Source: an uncultured Gammaproteobacteria bacterium (GTDB lineage Bacteria > Patescibacteriota > Patescibacteriia > Patescibacteriales > UBA12465). Taken from it: DNA of 63,106 bases. The DNA is taken from positions 5,555 to 68,660 of the forward strand of contig CAZNDY010000002.1 of the NCBI GenBank assembly GCA_964572055.1, in the 5' to 3' direction. Both the position numbers and the translations under genes were made by a program. The notes below the pieces were generated by a model. That model was not told the origin of the DNA. It ran no database searches and saw only the letters and a program-made list of their open reading frames with translations. This document shows positions 10,401 to 17,698 of the stretch, in pieces; within the stretch, counting starts at the first letter, position 1; every line of letters starts with the position of its first letter.

Positions 10401-11047
10401 ATGCTTTTAAAGATAAGCTTTCCGGTCGAATTGTTAGTTTGTCAAATCTAAAAGAGAGAAAACAAGAAAATGTTTTAACTGCTGGTATAGTTTCTAGTAT
10501 TAAAAAAATAATTACCAAAAATAACGATTCCATGCTTTTTGTTAAAATTGAGGATGGGGTTTCTTTTGTTGAAATATTAGTTTTTCCGAAAATTTTAAAA
10601 AGCTCAATTGATGTTTGGCAAGAAGGAGCTGCTGTAATTGTTCATGCTACGGTCTCCGATAAAGATGGAGAGATAAAATTGTTACTGAATAAAGCTGATA
10701 TTTTAGAGCTAGATAGTTTAGAAAAATCAATATCTGATTTTAGTAATTTAAAAACTAGACCTCGTGGACAATTTAATTATTATTCTAAAAAAAATAATGA
10801 AAACCAAACTAGCATTAATTCAAGTAATAAATCAATTGGTTTGATTTTTAAATCCTCTCCTAGTGTTGAACAAATGGAAGAAATTAAAAGTGTTTTATTC
10901 CAATATCCTGGTAAAGATTTTGTTTTTGCTAAACTAAAAATTAATGGAGAAGAAAAGATAATTAAGCTAGGAGTTTTGGTTGATAGTTCTGGTGAGTTAA
11001 AAGATAAGATTAGAGTTGATTTTTCTTCCTTGGTAGATGTTGTCTAA
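7499..11047 (+). CDS. dnaE: DNA polymerase III alpha subunit
   Basis: 1182 aa; N-terminal PHP motif FVHLHNHTHYSLLDG, polymerase core (PDIDMDF, GLLKMDFLGLKNL), C-terminal OB region. Confidence 0.95.
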   Translation: MSFVHLHNHTHYSLLDGLTNIDDFIAKAKSQGCPALAITDHGVMYGVIEFYKKCKKAGIKPIIGVELYLAPNSRHDKNTKDDARNFHILLLAKNNIGYQNLIKLVSLAHLEGFYYKPRIDWELLEKYHEGIIASTACLGGEIPSLILADRLDQAKKKIIEYNNLFGQDNFYLEIMDHPELDGLDKVNQQLIKFSKELNIPLIATNDIHYLDKQDDDAQDILLCLQNKKKINDEDRMKMKGHGDYSCRDPKELAEVFKDVPEAITNTVKIAEMCDVNISLDEIHLPHFEVPEGYDQSSYLRKICEDGISSRYIDKSEEELEEVKKRLDYELGVINGMGWPSYFLIVADFISWAKKNKIVVGPGRGSAPGSIVCYLSGITNIDPIKYELLFERFLNPERISMPDIDMDFADVRRNEVIEYVEHKYGKDNVSQIITFGTMAARAAVRDVGRVLDEPYDYCDKLAKMIPVNYKIKNALEDVTELKDIYKKEEAARRILDFAQKLEGVSRHSSTHACGVLITKEPLTNYVPLQYASSSDKSIVSQYSLHPVEDLGLLKMDFLGLKNLTIIESAIKIIKNTRGVEIDIDKIPLDDKNTFDVFKKGETTGVFQFESGGMKRYLKELKPNEFEDIIAMVALYRPGPMEWIKDYISGKHNNNMVYLHPKLESILKKTYGVVVYQEQVMQISRDLAGFSRGEADTLRKAMGKKIPELLAEQKEKFINGCVENGINKNLAERVFSFIEPFAGYGFNRSHAACYALVAYQTAYLKAHYPAEFMAALLTADQNDLDRIAIEIDECRQMGIEIMPPDVNESFASFTVVTSGTKDNKVVGENEKIKTIRFGLNAIKNVGTHIVEEIIKDRKENGKFESIFDLLERVVDRDLNKKSLESLIKCGAFDQFEDRELLLGSLDVLLNFNKESSKNKNNPQVSLFFDSPQSVVFSYPKLEKREEVSDKIKLQWEKELLGLYVSEHPFNAFKDKLSGRIVSLSNLKERKQENVLTAGIVSSIKKIITKNNDSMLFVKIEDGVSFVEILVFPKILKSSIDVWQEGAAVIVHATVSDKDGEIKLLLNKADILELDSLEKSISDFSNLKTRPRGQFNYYSKKNNENQTSINSSNKSIGLIFKSSPSVEQMEEIKSVLFQYPGKDFVFAKLKINGEEKIIKLGVLVDSSGELKDKIRVDFSSLVDVV

Positions 11048-11105
11048 TTAACTAAAAAATGTTATTATTGTTTTAGATAATTTGTTTAAAATTAAGTTTT
11101 CTTTT

Positions 11106-12689
11106 ATGCCACTTACAAACCACCCAATTAGTCCTAAAAATAAAAAAGTAAAAAATAATTCACAAATTGAAAAAATTGCTAAGTTTTTAAACGATTCTGA
11201 TGTAGTTGATGGTGAGGTTCAAGATGACAATCTTTCTGTTAAAAAAACCAGTGAACATAATGATGATTTAGGTAAAGATAAGTCTAATTTACAGGAAAAA
11301 AATATTGCTAGTGATGATAAAGAAAAAATTGATTCTCGTAAAGAATTTTTTCGTTTAATGGCTGAGAAAATCAAGGATAAGGATTTTAATATTAATCGAG
11401 CAATGGCTGTTAAGGAGGAGATTAATAAAATTGAAAAAAATAATAATTTTGATGAGGATATTTTTTTGGAAGAAAAAGTGTCCGAAGATAAGTCTGTAGT
11501 AGAGGATGATTTTGAAAATAATTTTTATGACAACGAAGAGAATAATAATCACGAACAACTAACCAGAGAGACTGAAAAACCAAAATCAGTTGTTTTGTAT
11601 AAAAAAATAGTTTATCGTTTTTTATTTTTAACTCTCATTTTATTGTTAGTTGTTTCTTATCTTTCTTTTGTTAGATTGGATATAAAAATAAATACCGAAA
11701 AAAATAATATTGATGGCAGTTTAAATTTTTATGCTTATTCTAATGGAGAAAAAATTAATTTAGATAGAGCTATTAAAGCTTCTATAACTAAAGTGGAGAT
11801 AGAAGAAAAGGGTGTTTTTAAAAGTAGTGGAGAAAAAGATACTAGAGGTGAAATAGTTGGTAGGGTTAAAATTATAAATAATTATTCTAAAAATCAACCA
11901 TTAGTAGCTACCACTAGATTGTTAAGTTCTGATGATAAATTGTTTAGAATAAAAGAGACAGTTAATGTTCCGGCTGGAGGTTCGGTTGAGGTTGATATTT
12001 ATGCTGATTCAGTTTCAGAAGACATGGCAATTAATCCTGATAAATTTATTATTCCTGGTTTATGGATAGGTGTTCAAGACAAGATTTATGCCGAAAGTTA
12101 TGAAAAGTTTAGTTTTGTAAAAGATAGTAAAAAATACATAATGGAAAAGGATGTAAATAGTGCTGTAGAAAGTCTAAAAAATAGAATAATTGAGCAGGCT
12201 GAAATAAAGGCTGAAGCTGCTATAGGTGCTGGTCGTCAATATGTTCTTAGTATTGATACTGATTCTTCGATTATTAGTACTGACAAGGAAATAGGAGTAG
12301 AAGCTGACGACTTTAATGTTAGTGTAAAAAGCGTGGTTAATGTTATTAGTTTTGAAACTGATGAAATAATAGAATTAGCTAAACAAAAAGTTTCAATTGA
12401 GACTAGTCAAAGTATTAGTGAGATAGATGCCAATTCTTTGAACTATGAATTACTTAATTTTGATCCTTCTAAGAATTTAGCTGAGATAAAAGCTTTTTTT
12501 GCAGCTAGAGCTTTGGTTGGCTCAGATGAATTTATTGATAAAAAACATTTAAGTAATTTAAAAGAGGGTCAAATTGAAGCTTATTTAGATAAAGTTGAGG
12601 AGATAAAGTCTTATGAACTTAATTTTACTCCTAAATTTATAAATAGATCTCCATTATTGGTTGATAAGATAAATATAGAATATAGATAA
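11106..12689 (+). CDS. hypothetical membrane-anchored protein with acidic N-terminal region and large extracytoplasmic domain
   Basis: ORF-track start 11082 is TTG; ATG 11106 preferred. D/E/K/N-rich first ~165 aa, one TM helix (FLFLTLILLLVVSYLSF), then ~330 aa with no recognised motif. Confidence 0.5.
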   Translation: MPLTNHPISPKNKKVKNNSQIEKIAKFLNDSDVVDGEVQDDNLSVKKTSEHNDDLGKDKSNLQEKNIASDDKEKIDSRKEFFRLMAEKIKDKDFNINRAMAVKEEINKIEKNNNFDEDIFLEEKVSEDKSVVEDDFENNFYDNEENNNHEQLTRETEKPKSVVLYKKIVYRFLFLTLILLLVVSYLSFVRLDIKINTEKNNIDGSLNFYAYSNGEKINLDRAIKASITKVEIEEKGVFKSSGEKDTRGEIVGRVKIINNYSKNQPLVATTRLLSSDDKLFRIKETVNVPAGGSVEVDIYADSVSEDMAINPDKFIIPGLWIGVQDKIYAESYEKFSFVKDSKKYIMEKDVNSAVESLKNRIIEQAEIKAEAAIGAGRQYVLSIDTDSSIISTDKEIGVEADDFNVSVKSVVNVISFETDEIIELAKQKVSIETSQSISEIDANSLNYELLNFDPSKNLAEIKAFFAARALVGSDEFIDKKHLSNLKEGQIEAYLDKVEEIKSYELNFTPKFINRSPLLVDKINIEYR

Positions 12690-12712
12690 GATTAGGTATG
12701 AAGGACTTTATT

Positions 12713-12750
12713 CCGACAACTATAATGATTATTTTGGTTGTCGGTTTTTA
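12713..12750 (+). terminator. intrinsic terminator
   Basis: Perfect 8-bp stem CCGACAAC ... GTTGTCGG followed by TTTTT. Confidence 0.7.
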
Positions 12751-12779
12751 TTTGGTGGTTAAAAAATTATTAGTTTTAT

Positions 12780-13358
12780 ATGTTGCTTATTAATAAAAAT
12801 AATATTGATAATTTAAATAGAAAAATAATTCATGCTTTGTCAGCTATACTTATTTGTTTTTTTCCTTATTTTTTTAGTATCGGTCAGATAGTTTTTATTT
12901 CTTTTTTGTTTTCGTTTATATTTTTATTGTCTAAATATTTTGATTTTCTTCCCGTGATTAAAGTTAAGAGAGTCGGCTTGGGAGAAGTTTTTTATCCTCT
13001 TGGCGTGATGATTTCAGCTTTAGTTTTTTTACCTCAAGGAGAGGTGTTGGCTTTTCAGTTTGGAATATTAGTTTTGGGTATCTCTGATGCTTTGGCTAAT
13101 ATTTTTGGTGATCTTTACGGTTTTCATAAAATTGATTTTTATTGGAGTAAGAAAAGCTTAGAGGGGTCTCTTTCTTTTTTTGTATCAACTCTTTTAATTT
13201 TGATTTTTGTTAATTTTTTTAATTTTAGTTTTTCTAGTTTTATTACCTATTTTATTTTATCAATAGTTTTAACTTTTTTAGAGTTTTTATTATTTTTTGG
13301 TTTAGATAATTTAGTTTTACCACTTTTATCTTCTTATTTATTCCTGGTTTTATTGTAG
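12780..13358 (+). CDS. polytopic membrane protein, polyprenol (dolichol/phytol) kinase-like (COG0170-type)
   Basis: GISDALANIFGDLYG...KKSLEGSLSFF resembles the CTP-dependent dolichol/phytol kinase C-terminal motif; about 6 TM helices. Confidence 0.45.
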   Translation: MLLINKNNIDNLNRKIIHALSAILICFFPYFFSIGQIVFISFLFSFIFLLSKYFDFLPVIKVKRVGLGEVFYPLGVMISALVFLPQGEVLAFQFGILVLGISDALANIFGDLYGFHKIDFYWSKKSLEGSLSFFVSTLLILIFVNFFNFSFSSFITYFILSIVLTFLEFLLFFGLDNLVLPLLSSYLFLVLL

Positions 13359-13369
13359 ATTTTTAAAAT

Positions 13370-13404
13370 AAAAAAACAGAGGGTAAATTTACCCTCTGTT
13401 TTTT
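13370..13404. terminator. bidirectional intrinsic terminator between convergent genes
   Basis: CAGAGGGTAA/TTACCCTCTG perfect stem flanked by an A7 run and a T6 run. Confidence 0.8.
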
Positions 13405-13411
13405 ATTGTTT

Positions 13412-14266
13412 TTATTTTATTACTATTTTTTTTATTTGTTGACCAAGTTTTATAGCTTGTTTTAGATTGTTTTGATGAATATTACGACCTATTGCACACC
13501 CTCTAGCACCAGATATTTTTATTTGGTTTTCAATAGTTTCTAAAAAATTTTTTTCATTTATTTTTTTACCACCAGAAAATATTACTCCCGACCTTCCAGC
13601 TGCCATGGTTATTTCTTTTGCTTTTTGGGCATCATTTTTGTTGCTACCAAAAGGATAATTTAGTTTTATGAAATCAGCTCCCAGGCATAAACCAAGACCA
13701 GCTGCTCCGGCTATTATTTCTGGATTTTTTTCTTCTTTTACATTCTTTCCTCGAGGATATATCCAGAGAACAGTTATTAAACCATTTTCATGAGCTTCTT
13801 TAATTGCTTGAGCTGCTTCTTTTAGCATTACCGTTTCATACTCGCTTCCCAGATATATAGTATAGCCGATTCCTAATATTTTAAGTCCAGATGATTTTTT
13901 GAAAGAAATAACATCCTTGACTGTCCATAGGGCAGGTGATACTGGATCTTTGGTTTTTACCAGATTTGATTTTCCATTTATTTTTATTAAATAGGGAATT
14001 TTTTTGTAATCATTGCCATAATGAGAAATCAATCCAAGATGAGCTGCAAAAACTCCAATATTGGTTTTTGATGCTATTTTGAACAAATGCTCAGGGTCTG
14101 TATTGTCAAATCCTAGCTCTTGCGAAAAGTCGTCGTTTAAATGTTCTATTTTTTGATCACCAGCAAATAAAAACAACCTTCCGGTTCCCATAGTTGCTTC
14201 TGTGAAATTTTTTTTGTATAGGTTTGTTTTATTTTTTGGTACATCGACTGGAATGTTAATTTTCAT
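13412..14266 (-). CDS. class I aldolase, DhnA/FbaB (archaeal-type fructose-bisphosphate aldolase) family
   Basis: 284 aa TIM-barrel-like sequence with GADFIKLNYP (candidate Schiff-base Lys) and overall DhnA-type layout. Confidence 0.65.
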   Translation of the reverse strand: MKINIPVDVPKNKTNLYKKNFTEATMGTGRLFLFAGDQKIEHLNDDFSQELGFDNTDPEHLFKIASKTNIGVFAAHLGLISHYGNDYKKIPYLIKINGKSNLVKTKDPVSPALWTVKDVISFKKSSGLKILGIGYTIYLGSEYETVMLKEAAQAIKEAHENGLITVLWIYPRGKNVKEEKNPEIIAGAAGLGLCLGADFIKLNYPFGSNKNDAQKAKEITMAAGRSGVIFSGGKKINEKNFLETIENQIKISGARGCAIGRNIHQNNLKQAIKLGQQIKKIVIK

Positions 14267-14337
14267 ATTTTTTAAAATTATTAATTTATGCTATAATATT
14301 AATATAACATAATATAATTATTTTTAAAAATATATTT

Positions 14338-15216
14338 ATGGAGGATAATAATGATATAAATTTAGGGAAATATTCTGATAAAAATAAAAATCTGTCTAAG
14401 GCAAATATTGGCCTTTGGTTATTGGAGCATAAAAGGCACATGATACTTCTGATTATTATTGTTTTGGGAGGTGCTTCTTTGTGGCTTTATTCTTTTTTCT
14501 TTTATAATCTGTTTGATTATCTTAGATACGACAGGGAACAGAGAGCCGCTATCAACGAATTATCAACCGTAAATGTGAGTGTTAGCGCTCAAAGATTGGC
14601 CACTCCTTTAGAAACCATTAATGATGACTTTTTTCAACATGATGATGTTTATGATTTTGTGGCTAAAGTAGAAAATAGTAATAACAATTTTTTTGCCAAA
14701 GTTTCTTACTGTTTTGTTGATGGTCAAAAAGATTTGGCTTGTGACAATGATATAGTTTTTCCCGAAGAAGAAAAGTATTTGTTAATTATTTCTAAGAAAT
14801 TAGAGAGTAAACCAAAAAATATTGAATTTAAAATTAAAAATGTTATTTGGGAAAGAGTTGATATTAGGAAGTATCCAAACTGGAAAGAATACTATGATTT
14901 AAGGGCTAATTTTGAAATTAGTAATATAAAATTTGAAAAGGAAGTTAACCCTTCTTCTGTTAAAAATTTTAATAACCTTAACTTTACAATTGAAAACAAA
15001 AGTCCCTATAATTATTGGGAAGTTCCATTGCAGATAATATTAATGAACCGTGGAGTGGTTGTTGGTGTTAATACTTACAAGATATCTGAGTTTAGATCTA
15101 GTGATTTGAAGGACATAAGAATGACTTGGCCCAATTCAGTTTCAAGCGTGAGTGACGTTAAAATTCTTTTGAATCTTAATGTTTTGGATGATTCTAATTA
15201 TATTAGTTATAAATAA
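14338..15216 (+). CDS. hypothetical membrane-anchored protein (292 aa)
   Basis: One N-terminal TM helix (MILLIIIVLGGASLWLYSFFFY), remainder unrecognised. Confidence 0.5.
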   Translation: MEDNNDINLGKYSDKNKNLSKANIGLWLLEHKRHMILLIIIVLGGASLWLYSFFFYNLFDYLRYDREQRAAINELSTVNVSVSAQRLATPLETINDDFFQHDDVYDFVAKVENSNNNFFAKVSYCFVDGQKDLACDNDIVFPEEEKYLLIISKKLESKPKNIEFKIKNVIWERVDIRKYPNWKEYYDLRANFEISNIKFEKEVNPSSVKNFNNLNFTIENKSPYNYWEVPLQIILMNRGVVVGVNTYKISEFRSSDLKDIRMTWPNSVSSVSDVKILLNLNVLDDSNYISYK

Positions 15217-15224
15217 AAAAATAT

Positions 15225-15821
15225 ATGTCTTTAAATTTTTTAAACATTCCTTATAATAAAAGAGATTTGGAGCCATTTCTTTCTGCTGAGACTTTAGAGT
15301 TTCACCATGAAAAACATCACCGAGCTTATTTTGATAATTTAAGTAAATTAATTGTCGGAACCGAGCTCGAAAATAAAAGTTTAGAAGAAATAATTTTATT
15401 TTCTTTTTCCAAGAAAGAGATGAGAAATATTTATAACAATGCTGCTCAGGTTTTTAATCATGATTTTTATTTTAAATCTTTAAAAAAAGATATTAAGCCG
15501 TCAGAAAGATTTTTAAAGATGATAGATGATAGTTTTGGATCTTGGACTAAATTTGAAGAAGAGTTTAAAGCTAAAGCTTTGGCCCAATTTGGTAGTGGTT
15601 GGACTTGGCTTGTTTTAAATGGCGCTAAATTAGAAGTAGTTTCTACTTCTAATGCTGATAATCCCTTAGTTTTAGGAATGAAACCTTTAATGACGATCGA
15701 TGTTTGGGAGCATGCTTATTACATAGATTATCGGAATATGAGAGGAGATTATGTTTCGTCTATTTTGAAAAATTTAATTGATTGGAAGTTTGTTGAAGTT
15801 AATTGTGGGGCTGTGGATTAA
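15225..15821 (+). CDS. Fe/Mn superoxide dismutase
   Basis: LPYNKRDLEPFLSAETLEFHHEKHH ... DVWEHAYYIDYRN, the metal-ligand motifs of the Fe/Mn SOD family. Confidence 0.9.
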   Translation: MSLNFLNIPYNKRDLEPFLSAETLEFHHEKHHRAYFDNLSKLIVGTELENKSLEEIILFSFSKKEMRNIYNNAAQVFNHDFYFKSLKKDIKPSERFLKMIDDSFGSWTKFEEEFKAKALAQFGSGWTWLVLNGAKLEVVSTSNADNPLVLGMKPLMTIDVWEHAYYIDYRNMRGDYVSSILKNLIDWKFVEVNCGAVD

Positions 15822-15870
15822 ATGTTTATAAATTGTTTATAAATAATAAATAAAAAATTTAAAAAAATAT

Positions 15871-15909
15871 AAAAAAAGAAGTGCTTGTTAATAAGTGCTT
15901 CTTTTTTTT
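15871..15909 (+). terminator. intrinsic terminator after SOD gene
   Basis: 10-bp stem AGAAGTGCTT-gttaat-AAGTGCTTCT (two G-U pairs) between an A7 run and a T8 run. Confidence 0.7.
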
Positions 15910-15952
15910 ATTTTTGTCATTTTTACCCTTTATTTTCAGTATGTTTAAATTA

Positions 15953-15981
15953 TTGACCTTAGGGGAAAAGTGGTGTATAAT
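15953..15981 (+). promoter_or_regulatory. sigma70-type promoter of the mraZ/dcw operon
   Basis: TTGACC-17 nt-TATAAT, about 50 nt upstream of the mraZ ATG. Confidence 0.65.
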
Positions 15982-16007
15982 AACACTTGAGAGGTGATTG
16001 GTGGTGA
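15970..16007 (+). promoter_or_regulatory. candidate MraZ operator (three phased GTGGTG-type direct repeats)
   Basis: GTGGTGT 15970-76, GAGGTGA 15991-97, GTGGTGA 16001-07; spacings 21 and 10 nt; overlaps and follows the promoter -10. Confidence 0.45.
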
Positions 16008-16030
16008 ATTTAGGCGAATAATTTTAAAAT

Positions 16031-16462
16031 ATGTTTATTGGAGAATATAATCACAACTTAGATGACAAAGGTCGCTTGGCCATTCCAGCCAAGTTTAGAT
16101 CTTTATTGAAGAAGGGTGGTGTGGTAACTAAGGGTTTAGATAACTGTCTTTTTCTGTATACAAAAGAGCAATGGCAAAAGATAGCTCAAAAATTATCAGC
16201 TCTTCCAATTAGTCAGTCCAAGGCTAGAGCTTTTGCTAGACATTTTTTAGCTGGAGCCATGGATTTAGAGTTCGATAGTCAGGGAAGAGTTACTTTGCCA
16301 GAATATTTGAGAAATTTTGCAGTACTTAAAAAAAGCGTAATAGTGGCTGGCTTGTATAATCATTTAGAAATTTGGGATGCAGACTCTTGGGATAAATATA
16401 AAAAAGAATCAGAAAAAAATAGTGTAGATATTGCAGAAGAGTTGGGAGACTTAGGAATATAA
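16031..16462 (+). CDS. mraZ: transcriptional regulator MraZ
   Basis: MFIGEYNHNLDDKGRLAIPAKFR and a second SpoVT/AbrB-like repeat DSQGRVTLPEYLR; first gene of the dcw cluster. Confidence 0.93.
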   Translation: MFIGEYNHNLDDKGRLAIPAKFRSLLKKGGVVTKGLDNCLFLYTKEQWQKIAQKLSALPISQSKARAFARHFLAGAMDLEFDSQGRVTLPEYLRNFAVLKKSVIVAGLYNHLEIWDADSWDKYKKESEKNSVDIAEELGDLGI

Positions 16463-16465
16463 TAT

Positions 16466-17359
16466 ATGAAAAATTATTTCCATATTCCAGTAATGCTCGA
16501 AGAGGTTGTTAGTTTTTTAAATGTTAGAGCTGATGGAAGTTATATTGATGCTACTTTGGGAGGTGGGGGATATACACGAAAAATAACAAATCTGTTGGGT
16601 GATGACGGTCGGGTTTTATCTGTTGACTTAGATCCTCTGTCTTTAGAAAATTTTTCTCAGTTTAAAACTAAAAAAAATATTGTTGTTAATGATAATTTTG
16701 CAAATATAAAGAAAGTAGTTTTAGAGAATTTTAAAAAAGAAATGTTTTTTGATGGAATTGTGGCTGATCTAGGATTATCATCAGCTCAATTAGACGATGA
16801 GGAGAGGGGTTTTTCTTTTAATAATGAAAAATCGTTAGACATGGCTTTTGGTCCCCAGATAGAGAACGACACTTTTTGGATAGTTAATAACTATAAACAG
16901 TTTGAACTTGAAAATATTATTAGAGAATATGGGGAGGAGTCCTGGGCTAAAAAAATTGCCGGAAGAATAGTTGAAGAGAGAAAAAAGAGCAAGATTGATA
17001 ATTCTAAAAAATTAGCTGAAATAATTAGCTCCGCTATTCCTAAGAAATTTTGGTCAAAACGGATAAACCCTGCAACTAGAACTTTTCAGGCTCTTAGAAT
17101 GGAAACTAATAATGAATTGAATAATTTAGAAATCTTTTTGGAGGATGCTAGTGATTTACTAAAAATAGATGGATGCTTGGTAGTAGTTTCTTTTCATAGT
17201 TTGGAGGATAGAATTGTTAAGAGATTTTTTAAAAGCAAAAAAGAGAGTGGGAGTTTTGAACTAGCAAATAAAAAGCCATTGATAGCAACGGAAGATGAAA
17301 TTAAAAACAATAGTCGAGCTAGAAGCGCTAAACTTAGGGTTTTAAAGAAAATAAAATAA
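16466..17359 (+). CDS. rsmH: 16S rRNA (cytosine1402-N4)-methyltransferase RsmH
   Basis: HIPVMLEEV, DATLGGGGY, DLGLSS, FHSLEDRIVK motifs. Confidence 0.93.
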   Translation: MKNYFHIPVMLEEVVSFLNVRADGSYIDATLGGGGYTRKITNLLGDDGRVLSVDLDPLSLENFSQFKTKKNIVVNDNFANIKKVVLENFKKEMFFDGIVADLGLSSAQLDDEERGFSFNNEKSLDMAFGPQIENDTFWIVNNYKQFELENIIREYGEESWAKKIAGRIVEERKKSKIDNSKKLAEIISSAIPKKFWSKRINPATRTFQALRMETNNELNNLEIFLEDASDLLKIDGCLVVVSFHSLEDRIVKRFFKSKKESGSFELANKKPLIATEDEIKNNSRARSAKLRVLKKIK

Positions 17360-17374
17360 ATTAATAAAAATAAT

Positions 17375-17683
17375 ATGGGAACAATTGAACCAAGAAAAAA
17401 TAATTTTTTAAAGGGTTTAAACATTTGTCTTTTGTTTGCTATTGTAATTAGTGGCTTTTATTATCTAAAAAGCATAGATGATTTGGTTAATAAAAATTTT
17501 GAATTACAAAGCTTAAAGGACAAATCTACTCTTCTTGAAGAAGAGAATAAAAATTTTGAAATTATGAAGAGTGAGTTAGAGTCTTATGAAAGTATGAGTG
17601 CTCGAATTGATGATTTGAAAATGGTTAAGGTTTCAGGGGTGAGCTATATTAATGCCGGTGATGATTCTTTGGCCAAAAAATAA
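17375..17683 (+). CDS. FtsL-like cell-division protein (single TM plus coiled coil)
   Basis: 102 aa, one TM helix then heptad-rich region; positional analogy between rsmH and ftsI. Confidence 0.5.
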   Translation: MGTIEPRKNNFLKGLNICLLFAIVISGFYYLKSIDDLVNKNFELQSLKDKSTLLEEENKNFEIMKSELESYESMSARIDDLKMVKVSGVSYINAGDDSLAKK

Positions 17684-17698
17684 TTTTAATTTAATTTA

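Noticed and set aside
12698-12793. 31-codon hydrophobic mini-ORF (MKDFIPTTIMIILVVGFYLVVKKLLVLYVAY) upstream of the polyprenol-kinase-like gene
   Set aside because: It is largely made of the terminator hairpin CCGACAAC...GTTGTCGG plus its T run. It is also in a different frame from the downstream gene.
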